Source: Chloroflexota bacterium (GTDB taxonomy: Bacteria; Chloroflexota; UBA11872; UBA12225; JAJDUF01). Taken from it: DNA of 64,000 nt. The stretch lies in NCBI GenBank assembly GCA_965214295.1, contig OZ243944.1, positions 821,395 to 885,394 of the forward strand, in the 5' to 3' direction. The position numbers and the translations under genes are program-made. Shown here piece after piece: positions 12,477-21,634 of this stretch. Under the pieces are notes generated by a model. The model did no database searches, was not told where the DNA came from, and saw only the letters and a list, made by a program, of their open reading frames with translations. The number at the start of each line of letters is the position of its first letter. Positions within the stretch are counted from its first letter, which is position 1.

Positions 12477-12725
12477 CTACTCCCCCGCCGGCCGCTCGGC
12501 CAGCTGTGCCAAGTAGCGCCCGACCTCGTAGGCGTCGGTATCGATCAGGAGGTGCCCGTCTATCTCGACGACCGGCGCGAGCCACTGCCCCGACTTTTCC
12601 ACCATCTCGTCGAAATACCGCCGATTGCCGTAGACCTCGCGCTCCTCATACACGATCCCGCGACTATCGAGCAGACTGAGCACCTCGTAGCACCAGCCAC
12701 ACCCCCGCTTCGTGTACACGATCAC
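12477..12725 (-). CDS. glutaredoxin/NrdH-like redoxin
   Basis: CxxC active site in VIVYTKRGCGWCYEV; GTG start at 12725 chosen because the upstream part of the ORF is repeat-derived. Confidence 0.6.
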   Translation of the reverse strand: MIVYTKRGCGWCYEVLSLLDSRGIVYEEREVYGNRRYFDEMVEKSGQWLAPVVEIDGHLLIDTDAYEVGRYLAQLAERPAGE

Positions 12726-12850
12726 CCGCTCCGGACCGGTGCGCGGCGTCCCTGACACGCCAGACGCGCACCGCCCCTCCCACCATCGTGCATGTCTGGC
12801 GTCGTCACCCCCGCCATCACGCCCGCCGTTGCTTCCCGTCATCGGCCCAC

Positions 12851-13447
12851 TCACCCCTGCTCAGAGAGCCTCAACCGCCCCAGCGTCGTCACCGCCGCGC
12901 CGGCCTCCACCATCTCCGCAATCGCCCGCTCCGCATCCCCCGGTCCCACGTTCACACCACGGATAGCGTCGAGCAGCACCGTCGCGCCAAAACCGGCCCG
13001 CAGCCCGTCCAGCACCGTCGAACGCACGCAGTAGTCCGTTGCCAGCCCGCCCACGAACAGGTGCCCCACTCCAAGCTCCCGCAACGCCGCCGCCGCCCCG
13101 GCCCCCCGCGCCGCACGGCCCTGAAACGCCGAGTAAGCATCCTCGGTCGGATCGTCGCCTTTCGTCACGATGACCGCACCGTCCGGCAGCCGCAAGTCCG
13201 CGTGAAACGCCGCCCCCGGCGTGTCCTGCACGCAATGTGGCGGCCACAGCCCACCACCCGACTGGAAATGCACCGTCTGTTCGGGATGCCAGTCCCGCGA
13301 GGCCAAGACCGGCAGCCCAGCGGCGGTGAAGCGGGCAATGTACTCATTCAACGGCGCCACCACCTCATCGCCCCTGCCCACCGCCAACGCCCCACCCGGA
13401 CAGAAGTCGTTCTGCACGTCGACCAGCAGCAACGCCCCCGTGCCCAT
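12851..13447 (-). CDS. pncA: isochorismatase-family hydrolase, nicotinamidase-like
   Basis: 198 aa from ATG 13447: LLLVDVQNDFCPGGALAV, catalytic Cys in GLATDYCV. The longer 385-aa ORF is a read-through of the upstream tandem repeats. Confidence 0.85.
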   Translation of the reverse strand: MGTGALLLVDVQNDFCPGGALAVGRGDEVVAPLNEYIARFTAAGLPVLASRDWHPEQTVHFQSGGGLWPPHCVQDTPGAAFHADLRLPDGAVIVTKGDDPTEDAYSAFQGRAARGAGAAAALRELGVGHLFVGGLATDYCVRSTVLDGLRAGFGATVLLDAIRGVNVGPGDAERAIAEMVEAGAAVTTLGRLRLSEQG

Positions 13448-13595
13448 CGTCCCTGGCCTCCCTCCCCACACTCTAGCACACCCCCACCAGGGATAGATAC
13501 AACCCAAGCCGTAGGGGCGCTCACATCCGTCATTCCCGCGCAAGCCGGAATCCGCGCCCCCCGCCACGCGGGAGGACCACAGGGGGCAGACCATC

Positions 13596-13860
13596 CACCC
13601 CCTCTCCAAATGTTGGAGAGAGGCCTGGGGAGTGAGGAATACCCCTCCCCCCGCCGCCTTCCCCCCCTCTCCAAATGTTGGAGAGGGGGCCGGGGGGTGA
13701 GGAATACCCCTCCCCCCGCCGCCTTCCCCCCCTCTCCAAATGTTGGAGAGGGGGCCGGGGGGTGAGGAATACCCCTCCCCCCGCCGCCTTCCACCCCCTC
13801 TCCAAATGTTGGAGAGGGGGCCAGGGGGTGAGGAATACCCCTCCCCCCGTTGTCTTCTCC
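13596..13860. repeat. tandem array, 4 copies of a 65-bp unit containing the palindrome ccccctctccaaatgttggagaggggg + ccggggggtgaggaatacccctccccccgccgccttcc
   Basis: Direct head-to-tail copies at about 13597, 13664, 13729, 13794; they translate to PLSKCWRGG...GVRNTPPP in several frames. Confidence 0.85.
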
Positions 13861-14460
13861 CCACTCCCACCCAATATGACCCAACGTTGGGATGTGGCAG
13901 TTGCAAGACCATCCTGGAGCACCGGGCACCGCCCGGCAGGAAAGCACACCTACCATCGTGTCTACCAACGACGGTGGCATAGCCACCCAGCCGAGGGCGC
14001 CGGGTCACGGCCGACCCCTCACCGCACAGCCGGCGGTGAGGCCTGACCGTCCGTGCGCCGCGCCACGCGGACCGGTCCCCGACCGCTCCCGCCTAGCGCA
14101 AAGGGCGCCGGATCAGCACGTACCCCGGGCCACCACGGCCCGGGCGCCGGGTGCTGATCGTCCGCGCGCCGCGCCTCTGGCGCCGGGGCCACGCCGCCCC
14201 CGCCACGCGCAGATGGCGCCGGGTGCTGACGTACCCCTCGCCACCACGGCGGGGGCGCCGGGTCCGCACCGTCCGTGCGCCGGCACTGCCGTGCCTCGCG
14301 CCACCGCGTCCCTGCCGGCCGGCCGCCGCTGGCTGCGCCAGGTAATCTTGCCCCGCGTCCCTGCCACTCCCAACACCCTGATTGCCGCGTATCCGCACTC
14401 CCGCTCCATCGCCTCGGCCTTCCCCCGCCAGCACGAATCCAGGCTGCCGCCCGCCACCCC

Positions 14461-14493
14461 GGTAGGGGCGCAACATGTTGCGCCCGTCCCCCC
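14461..14493. repeat. palindromic repeat family gtaggggcgcaacatgttgcgcccgtcccc (other copies 21196-21228, 23470-23503; variants near 22885, 35990, 44090, 46205)
   Basis: Perfect 30-bp palindrome recurring in intergenic spacers. Confidence 0.8.
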
Positions 14494-14828
14494 GCTAAGT
14501 GGGGGAACCACAAGGGGAGCCGGGCGGCGGCCCGCCCAGGTCGGTACCGCTGGAGCGACTATCCCCACCTCTCAAGTGCATCCTGCCACCCAAGTTCCGC
14601 CCTGCCCGCGGTCTTGCTCCACCGCGGACACGGGCTGCCCCCACCCGCACTCCGCCCGCGCCCCTCCCTCATACACACCCACCGGTGCCAATGCCTTCTC
14701 CCTTCTCCACATGTGGAGAGGGGACCCGGTCGGGTTGTTGTGCGTGTTGATGATGCCCCCCCTCTCCACACATGTGGAGAGGGGCCGGGGGTGAGGATTA
14801 GAGGGGGCATACTGACCCCTAGCCACTG

Positions 14829-16949
14829 CTATGGGCACAGCGGCGTGAACAGCAAGCGCGGCTGCCAATACGCCAGCGACGGGTCCGTGGGGCCACTGCC
14901 CCGGCGTGGCCCCCCGCCCGCCGTCTCGTACCGGCCGACGATGCCATACAGCGCCACCCACTCCCTGGCCCGGATCCGGTTGCACCGCCACTCCACTTCC
15001 CGCACCGCGAGCAGTGTGAAGCGTGCCGGGTCGGCGAGCGCCGCGCGGACCGCCAACGGCCACCGTCCATAATGGGTGGACGACACGTGCAGATACGCCA
15101 CGCCGAGCCGCTCGATGGCCGCCGCGTCGAGCGTCCCCAGCGCCGCCGCATAGTCGCCGGTATCGCCGTTGATGAAGTGCGGCGCCAGGGTGGACGGCGC
15201 CAAACGGCCAGCCAGCGACGCCACCCACTGCGGATTGTCGCTGAGAATCCGCACCGACGGCGGCACCAGCTCGACCACACGTGCCGCCAGCTGCACCTGC
15301 GCCGGACGCAATGCGGGCATCTTCGCTTGTAGCCCGTCCGGCGGCCATAGCGAAATAGCAAAGCTGAGACCCATATAGGTCGAGCCGAGCACAAAGACGC
15401 CCAGCAGCACATAGGCCAAGCGGTTCCAGCGCAGCCCCCGGGTCACCTCCACGGCGGTCAGCGCACAGAGCACTAGCCACAAGTAGCCCGCCGTCCGACT
15501 GAACGCGGCCATTGCAGCATCATCCCGCGCATACTCAAGCACTAGCGGCACGACAAACCCGCTCACCGCCGTTGCCAACAGCCACGACTTCAACGGCGTC
15601 GGGCGGTGCCAGCACCACCACACCACCACCGGCAGGAGCAGCAACGGCAAGCCATACTCGGCCAGCAGCACTTCCCACCACCACCCGCCATCGAGCTGCC
15701 CCACGTCCCCGGCCAGCCGGGGCCATCCCGGTGGACTACGCCAGCCGAGACTACTGCCCAGCGGCAAATCGCGCGCGCGCAGCAACAGGTCCGTGACGGC
15801 GCCGCCGGACAGCGAGCCTACGCCCAGAGTCGCCAGCAGCAGCACGCCATCGCGCCCCACCGCCCGCCACCCCCCGTCCCCGCTCGCCAGCGTCACCCCC
15901 GACCGACGCAGCCGGCCGACCGCCAGCCGCCCGGCCCGCAGGCCGACAACGGCCGCCGTCCCCGCGAGCAGGAGCACGAAGTCGCTCGTCGCGGCTAACG
16001 CCGTTGCCCCGCCGATGAGTACCAGCAGGCCCGCCGCCAACCACCACGTCCGCGGCTGCCGCGAAAGGGCGTGTACACTGAGCCACCCGTGGCTATAGGC
16101 AATGAGGCACACCAGCCCCAAGGCCGAGGGATGCTCGTGGACGATCAGGGCGAGAGCTTTGAACAGCTCGCCCATAACAATCGGCTCGGACTGCATGCCG
16201 ATGAGCGGCCCCTCGGCGTGTGTCAGCCAAAAAGGCAGCCGCTCGGCAAACCATCCCGGTACCCAGCCGCCACCGAAGAAGACGAAGAATGCCCCCACGA
16301 CCGCCAGGTTCATCGTGGCGCCAGCGCGCCGCAGGAGGGCCGCGACGCCCCAGAAGACCGCCAGCGCGACCACCAGGGTAATGACATCAATGGACCACCA
16401 TACGGGCAGTCCGCTGAGGTGGTGTGCGGCCGCGGCCAGCAGCGCAAAGCCGTAGTGATACACCGCCGGCCATGCCGGCCAGAACGGCAGCCGCGGCGGG
16501 AAGTTGCCCTCGGCGATGGTCGCCGCCAGCGGCCAGTGCTGCAATTCCTCGTCGTACAGCAGCGTTGCGAAGGCGCCAGCCCCCACTGCCCCCATAACCG
16601 CCAGCCCGGCGACAAGCCAGATGAGCGTGTCGGCGGCGTCTACCGGCGCGCTACGCTCCTCGTCAGCCGCTCGGTCAGGCGTGGCCGCCCTGCGCTGCCA
16701 CCACCACCAAACCACCGCGGCCAGCGCGAGGAGACTGGTGCTCAGGCCGGCCGCCCACCCGGCCGGTACGATGAAGGCCAGAGCGTTTGTTGCTACCAGG
16801 CCCAGCGCGAGACCTACCCCCGGCGCCACGCCCCACACCACGTCGGCCGCGCCCAAGCGCCAGCCCCACCGGGCCGCCGCCCAGCCGACGATGACCACCC
16901 CGGCAATCCAGAGCACTGCTACGACCATTCGTTCACCTGGCTGGCCCAA
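14829..16949 (-). CDS. large polytopic membrane protein (possible ArnT/PMT-like glycosyltransferase fold), function unknown
   Basis: 706 aa with more than 12 hydrophobic helices and Trp-rich loops; no diagnostic motif recognised. Confidence 0.5.
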   Translation of the reverse strand: MGQPGERMVVAVLWIAGVVIVGWAAARWGWRLGAADVVWGVAPGVGLALGLVATNALAFIVPAGWAAGLSTSLLALAAVVWWWWQRRAATPDRAADEERSAPVDAADTLIWLVAGLAVMGAVGAGAFATLLYDEELQHWPLAATIAEGNFPPRLPFWPAWPAVYHYGFALLAAAAHHLSGLPVWWSIDVITLVVALAVFWGVAALLRRAGATMNLAVVGAFFVFFGGGWVPGWFAERLPFWLTHAEGPLIGMQSEPIVMGELFKALALIVHEHPSALGLVCLIAYSHGWLSVHALSRQPRTWWLAAGLLVLIGGATALAATSDFVLLLAGTAAVVGLRAGRLAVGRLRRSGVTLASGDGGWRAVGRDGVLLLATLGVGSLSGGAVTDLLLRARDLPLGSSLGWRSPPGWPRLAGDVGQLDGGWWWEVLLAEYGLPLLLLPVVVWWCWHRPTPLKSWLLATAVSGFVVPLVLEYARDDAAMAAFSRTAGYLWLVLCALTAVEVTRGLRWNRLAYVLLGVFVLGSTYMGLSFAISLWPPDGLQAKMPALRPAQVQLAARVVELVPPSVRILSDNPQWVASLAGRLAPSTLAPHFINGDTGDYAAALGTLDAAAIERLGVAYLHVSSTHYGRWPLAVRAALADPARFTLLAVREVEWRCNRIRAREWVALYGIVGRYETAGGGPRRGSGPTDPSLAYWQPRLLFTPLCP

Positions 16950-17191
16950 AGCTCCACGATCTTATCGTTCCCAATGCGGTGCAGCTTTGGCCAGCTACCA
17001 TTCAGGATAGTACCGTTGACGCGCCAACCCTGCACCATCCGCTGACCACTGGCTACTGGCTACTGGCTACTGACTTGGTGGGAGGCTACAATCAGGAGGG
17101 ACGTGCCCGGTGGCTTATACTATCTCGATAGTGCCACCCGCGGCGCGCAACAAGACGACGGAGACGACATAGCGTGCAACGCGCTCTACGT

Positions 17192-17614
17192 ATGTTCAGT
17201 TGGGATACGCCGGCCAAGTGCCCCCAGTGTGGGGCGCCGACCACCACCCGCGAAGCCGGGTGAAGCGGCGGATCGTTTGCAGCCCTCTGCCCGGACTGCC
17301 GCCGCAAGAGCCAGTCGGAATCGTTCTTGACGGTGCAGTTCTGCCAGGGTGGGTGATGCAACGAGGACGGCGCCCGTGCGGCGCTTCCCGCCGTAGTAGA
17401 TGCCCTGCGTCAGGAGGGCATCGCGGCCAACGTGTCCGTCGTGCCCGTATCCTGCATGGGCGTGTGCGACATGGGCCCGGTGTGTCGTATCGTCCAGCAA
17501 GATCGTCTACATAGTAGAATCACGGCCGCGCGGGCGCCGGCATTCGCCGCGCGGCTGGCGCGTATCATTCGCGCCGGCCGCCTTGCGGTCCGCAAGCGGC
17601 GCCGGCACCGGTAG
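17192..17614 (+). pseudogene. thioredoxin-like [2Fe-2S] ferredoxin-like ORF interrupted by in-frame TGA codons (pseudogene or recoding candidate)
   Basis: Single frame: MFSWDTPAKCPQCGAPTTTREAG-TGA-SGGSFAALCPDCRRKSQSESFLTVQFCQGG-TGA-CNEDGARAALPAVVDALRQEGIAANVSVVPVSCMGVCDMGPVCRIV... The C-x4-C ... C-x3-C-x2-GPV spacing matches thioredoxin-like ferredoxins (Fd4/NuoE). Confidence 0.3.
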
Positions 17615-17654
17615 CGACGACCGGTTCGCCGGCCGTCCGGACCGTAACGTCACA

Positions 17655-17770
17655 GGAGACCTTTGCAGAAGTCGTCATTCCCGCGAAAGCATGTCCCGTA
17701 CCCCGATACGGGGCGGGAATCCGAACAGCGGCCCTCCCAGGTTGGCGAGCGTGGAGTCACGACCACTGAG
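17655..17770. repeat. about 115-bp MITE-like element built around gtcattcccgcgaaagc-atgtcccgtaccccgatacggggc-gggaatcc (second copy 20508-20625)
   Basis: Near-identical copies at 17655-17770 and 20508-20625 share the flanks gagacctttgcagaagtcgt and ggccctcccag...gtcacg. A shorter form is at 2625-2700. Confidence 0.8.
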
Positions 17771-17856
17771 CACGCCGTCCTGGTGGTTATGCAAAGGTCC
17801 CCACAGGGAGCACAGCATGCTGCGCCCGACCACCGTACCCCAGTAGCGAGGCGGAT

Positions 17857-18951
17857 ATGCGTATAGCGCTCGATGCGATGGGCGGCGACCATGCCCCCGG
17901 CGAGATTGTGCGCGGCGCCGTGCTAGCCGCTCGTAGGCACAGCGCCGACGGCCTCCATGTCGTCCTCGTTGGACACGAAGCCGTCATGGAGCAGGAGCTG
18001 CAAGCAGCAGCCGGCACCCGCTGGCGCCGCACGAATGAGAGGCGGGGTGGTGCGGCGCCAGCGGGTGACCCTGGCGAGCTGCCCATCACGGTCGTCCATG
18101 CGCCGGACGTGATCGCCATGGACGCCCACGCTGCCCACGCCGCTCGCCGCCAGCGGCAGTCATCCATTCATCTCGGCCTACGCCTCGTCCGCGATGGCGC
18201 GGCCGACGCCTTCCTGTCGGCCGGCAATAGCGGCGCCACGATGGCTACCGCCATGCTGACGCTGCGTCCGCTCCCCGGCGTGGATCGACCCGCGATAGGC
18301 GCGGTGTTTCCGCTGCCGAGCGGACAGACCATCATCGTAGACGTGGGTGCCAATGCCGACTGCCAGCCACACCACCTGGTTGACTTTGCCTACCTCGGCG
18401 CCGCCTACATGGAGAGCGTGTTTGGCCTGCAGCGGCCCCGCGTCGGCCTCCTCAGCAATGGCGAGGAAGCCGGCAAGGGCAATCGGCTGGTCCAGGAAAC
18501 CTACCCCCTGCTCACCGCCAGCGACCTGAATTTCATCGGCAACGTAGAGGGACGCGACGTTACGTCCGGCGCTGCCGCTGTCATCGTCTGCGACGGCTTT
18601 GCCGGCAACGTCATGCTGAAGCTCGCCGAGGGCATGGTCGCCCTGATCTTCGACCTCGTCCGCAGCGCCGTCCGCAGCCGCTTCCACTACAAGCTCGCCG
18701 GCATGGTCTTGCGACCGGCGTTGCGTCGCGCGGCGCGGCGCCTCGACTACCGAGAGCATGGCGGCGCGCCCCTCCTGGGCGTGCGCGGCCTGGTCTTCAT
18801 CTCACACGGCCGCTCCGACGCAGCGGCGATTGCCAGCGGCCTCCGGTCAGCCCACGCCGCCGCCCAGCGTGGTCTGCTCGATCATATAAGCGCCCAGCTC
18901 GCCGCCCGCCCGCCCCGGACGGCGAGCACCACAGCAGAGTCCGCATCGTGA
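17857..18951 (+). CDS. plsX: phosphate acyltransferase PlsX
   Basis: MRIALDAMGGDHAP N-terminus and full-length PlsX similarity. Confidence 0.92.
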   Translation: MRIALDAMGGDHAPGEIVRGAVLAARRHSADGLHVVLVGHEAVMEQELQAAAGTRWRRTNERRGGAAPAGDPGELPITVVHAPDVIAMDAHAAHAARRQRQSSIHLGLRLVRDGAADAFLSAGNSGATMATAMLTLRPLPGVDRPAIGAVFPLPSGQTIIVDVGANADCQPHHLVDFAYLGAAYMESVFGLQRPRVGLLSNGEEAGKGNRLVQETYPLLTASDLNFIGNVEGRDVTSGAAAVIVCDGFAGNVMLKLAEGMVALIFDLVRSAVRSRFHYKLAGMVLRPALRRAARRLDYREHGGAPLLGVRGLVFISHGRSDAAAIASGLRSAHAAAQRGLLDHISAQLAARPPRTASTTAESAS

Positions 18952-19122
18952 TGCCACGCTCGTTCCCCGGCACCCGACGGAGGGCCTGGGGCTAATCGCC
19001 GTCGAGCGCCGGGCGCTGTGGCGACCCGGGCCGACGCGGGACTTCAGAACGGTTGCCGTGGGCGACATCGAGGCGTGGAGGGTGCTCGGTAATCTACGCG
19101 AAGACCTGTCGCAGGTGCAAAG

Positions 19123-19632
19123 ATGGTTTTCCGGGTGATAGTGTCCAATCGCGGTTTCCGACCGTGGGCCACCGCCTTGGCAATCGTCGTGCTGGCCACC
19201 ACGATGGGAACCCAGTTCAATAATGCCCTGTGGGAGCAGCCGGCCCTAACGTTCGCGCTCACTTACCTACGAGAGGCGCTCGGCTGGCTGTGGATGCTCG
19301 CTGTGGCGCTAGTAGTGGGGCGAGCCGCTGTCTCCTTCGCACAGAGCCGCGCAAGACCCGGGGGCTTTGCTGAACCACCCACAGCTACCATGCCGCCAGG
19401 CAAGCGTGCGCCGCGCCCACGGCCCTGGGGACAAGTCGTCGAGCGTGCCGTCCTCATCACGGCACTGATCTTGCCACGCTTCCTGCACGATCTGCCGACT
19501 GGCACCGTCATGGCGTTCTGGCTGGTAATCTTGCTGACTTGCGGCTACCTCGCTCTTGAGGGTGTGTCGTCCACTCACCACCAACGATGGTATCGGTGGC
19601 GGTACCGCCGTCGCCCTGTAGAGAATCGGTAG
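19123..19632 (+). CDS. hypothetical membrane protein
   Basis: 169-aa ORF with 3-4 hydrophobic segments; weak support. Confidence 0.35.
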   Translation: MVFRVIVSNRGFRPWATALAIVVLATTMGTQFNNALWEQPALTFALTYLREALGWLWMLAVALVVGRAAVSFAQSRARPGGFAEPPTATMPPGKRAPRPRPWGQVVERAVLITALILPRFLHDLPTGTVMAFWLVILLTCGYLALEGVSSTHHQRWYRWRYRRRPVENR

Positions 19633-19962
19633 CCTCTCCCCAGCCTGGCCATCGTTGATATAGCTGTTGAGTTGGCCTAGAGCGTGTCTGCAAACTAGCT
19701 TTTAGGTAGGGGCATCATTCATGCCCCCCCATCATGGCAACTCCCCTCCCGTCATGGCAGCTCCCCTCCCGTCATGGCGGCTCCTCCCCGTCATTGCGGC
19801 GCAGGCCACAATCCAGGCCCACCAGGAAGCCACGCATCGCCCTCTGCCGACTGGTACTTTGCAAACACGTCCTAGTTCAGTTTTCTCAGCACCACTAGGG
19901 GGAGCCAATCCGGTTAGGCATGACCCCGGCCACACTCCCGCTCCCTATGCCTTTGGCCCAGA

Positions 19963-20424
19963 TCAACGAGCGTGGCCGACCAGCGTGAGATTGGTCACGT
20001 GCCCGGCCAGCTCCTCGTCACTGAGCCGCTCGCTGGCATCGGGATGCGGCGGAATGACCATCGCCCGTCGTGCCGGGTCGGTATCGATGATCTTCAGTTC
20101 CAGGTCCTCGCTGAGGCGCAGCCCCATAGCCAGCAAGGTACCGGCTGCATCGCGGTTGATCTGATCCTTGTAGTCCGGCGCCTTCCAATACGCCGGTGCG
20201 GCGGTGAGCCACCCCGGATAACAGGAGCACGGCGTACACACGATGGCGTGGTGGATTGAGCCGGTATTGTCGTGTACCTCCAACGCGATGTCCTCCGCAT
20301 ACTCGATACCCAGCTCCATGAGCGCCGCGCGCGGATCCGCCAACAGCCGCGCTTTGTACGCGGGATCGGTCCAGGCTTTGACTACGACCTGCGCTGCCGG
20401 GTCGGCTGCCGTCTGCTGCATCAT
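19963..20424 (-). CDS. nitrile hydratase alpha-subunit-like protein (orphan, N-terminally short)
   Basis: VVVKAWTDPAYKARLLADPRAA..., IHHAIVCTPCSCYPGWLTAAPAYWK (metal-binding C-S/T-x-C-S-C cluster) and C-terminal LKIIDTDPARRAMVIPPHP...LVGHA align along the NHase alpha fold. No beta subunit is adjacent. Confidence 0.7.
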   Translation of the reverse strand: MMQQTAADPAAQVVVKAWTDPAYKARLLADPRAALMELGIEYAEDIALEVHDNTGSIHHAIVCTPCSCYPGWLTAAPAYWKAPDYKDQINRDAAGTLLAMGLRLSEDLELKIIDTDPARRAMVIPPHPDASERLSDEELAGHVTNLTLVGHAR

Positions 20425-20655
20425 CCCGTGTCTCCTCTCCGTGTTCTCTGTGCGCTCTGTGGCCCAAAATCCTTCCATGTCGTGCGGCCCACTCGCCAAC
20501 CCACTCAGAGACCTTTGCAGAAGTCGTTATTCCCGCACAAGCATGTCCCGTACCCCGCTACGGGGCGGGAATCCCAACATCGGCCCTCCCAGATGGGCGG
20601 GCGTGGCGTCACGGCCACGGAGCACGCCGTCCTGGGAGTTATGCACAGGTCTCAC

Positions 20656-21138
20656 TCAGAAGTAGATGCGGGTGAGCGTCTCGGCGACCATACCGGGCCG
20701 TTCCTGGCCTTTTACCTCCATGGTCTGCTGGTACATGAGCTGCAGCGCCTGCGGCTGGCCATCCGGCCCGGCCCCAGGCTTGATAGCCTCTACGTCGAGC
20801 AGCCTGGTGCGGAGCCGAATCCGGTGCCCTACCGGCACCGGCCCCGGAAAACGCACCCGGTTAAGGCCGTAGTTGATGGTCATACGACACGGCAGATTGA
20901 TCCGTATGCCGTCGCGCTCGCGGCTCAGTCGCGTGACCAGTGAGAGCGTGAAGTAGCCGTGCGCGATGGTCCCGCCGTACATCGTCTGCCGCGCCCGCTC
21001 GGGGTCCACGTGGATGTACTGGTGGTCACTGGTGAGATCGGCAAACGCCTGCACCTGCTCCTGGGTGACGGTAAGCCATGGGCTGACGCCCAGCTCCTCC
21101 CCAACGAGCGCCCGGACCTCAGCGATTGACGACGCCAT
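20656..21138 (-). CDS. MaoC-like (R)-specific enoyl-CoA hydratase, hot-dog fold
   Basis: 160 aa; the YIHVDPERARQTMYGGTIAHGYFTLSL motif is typical of the MaoC dehydratase family. Confidence 0.85.
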   Translation of the reverse strand: MASSIAEVRALVGEELGVSPWLTVTQEQVQAFADLTSDHQYIHVDPERARQTMYGGTIAHGYFTLSLVTRLSRERDGIRINLPCRMTINYGLNRVRFPGPVPVGHRIRLRTRLLDVEAIKPGAGPDGQPQALQLMYQQTMEVKGQERPGMVAETLTRIYF

Positions 21139-21634
21139 CCCTCTACCTCCCTACATGAGCTATAGCACGCTGCACCCGTCCCCCCGCCGCCAACGCCGTA
21201 GGGGCGCAACATGTTGCGCCCGTCCCCCGCACCGGAGACCTTTGCAAAATCGTCATTCCCGCGCCAGGAGACCTTTGCGTAATCCGTCATTCCCGCGCAA
21301 GCGGGAATCCAAAAGCGACACCTCCCAGGTGAGTGGGAGGTGAGCATGGCTACCCCAGCACTTCATCCGGGTAGTTATGCAAAGGTCTCCGCCAGCGGGA
21401 ATCCACCCCCTCTCCCCGTGGGAAAGGGCTGGAGTGAGGGCCGCTGGAGTGAGCGCAGCCTCAGCGACGGACCGGCACCGCCATCGCTCCCCTGCCCTGC
21501 CAAGGAAGGGGCCGGGGGGTAGGCCCAATCCGCCCCACACAAAAAACTACCCCTGTCATCACCATCTCCCAGCCTCGACTTACTCCCCCTCTCTATCGCT
21601 TGGCGATGGAGAGGGGGACGGGGGTGAGGATAGG

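Noticed and set aside
13596-13860. Possible CRISPR array.
   Set aside because: The repeat units abut directly with no unique spacers and no cas genes are nearby, so this is a tandem repeat rather than a CRISPR.
12851-14008. 385-aa ORF extending pncA upstream through the 65-bp tandem array.
   Set aside because: The N-terminal 190 residues are a translation of the repeats (PLSNIWRGG... iterated). Homology begins at ATG 13447, so the upstream extension was rejected.
16950-17856. Expected rpmF (L32) / yceD genes upstream of plsX; the CPQCG...CPDC segment was considered as L32.
   Set aside because: There is no KRKxSxSRRDxRR-type basic N-terminus, and the Cys spacing does not fit L32. The segment was instead interpreted as part of the ferredoxin-like remnant. 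rpmF is presumably elsewhere in the genome.
19963-20499. Nitrile-hydratase-like leader peptide (NHLP) of a RiPP precursor.
   Set aside because: The protein retains the full Cys-Thr-x-Cys-Ser-Cys claw and the C-terminal NHase alpha fold. It lacks a Gly-Gly leader cleavage site or a Cys/Ser/Thr-rich core. No maturase genes are nearby.
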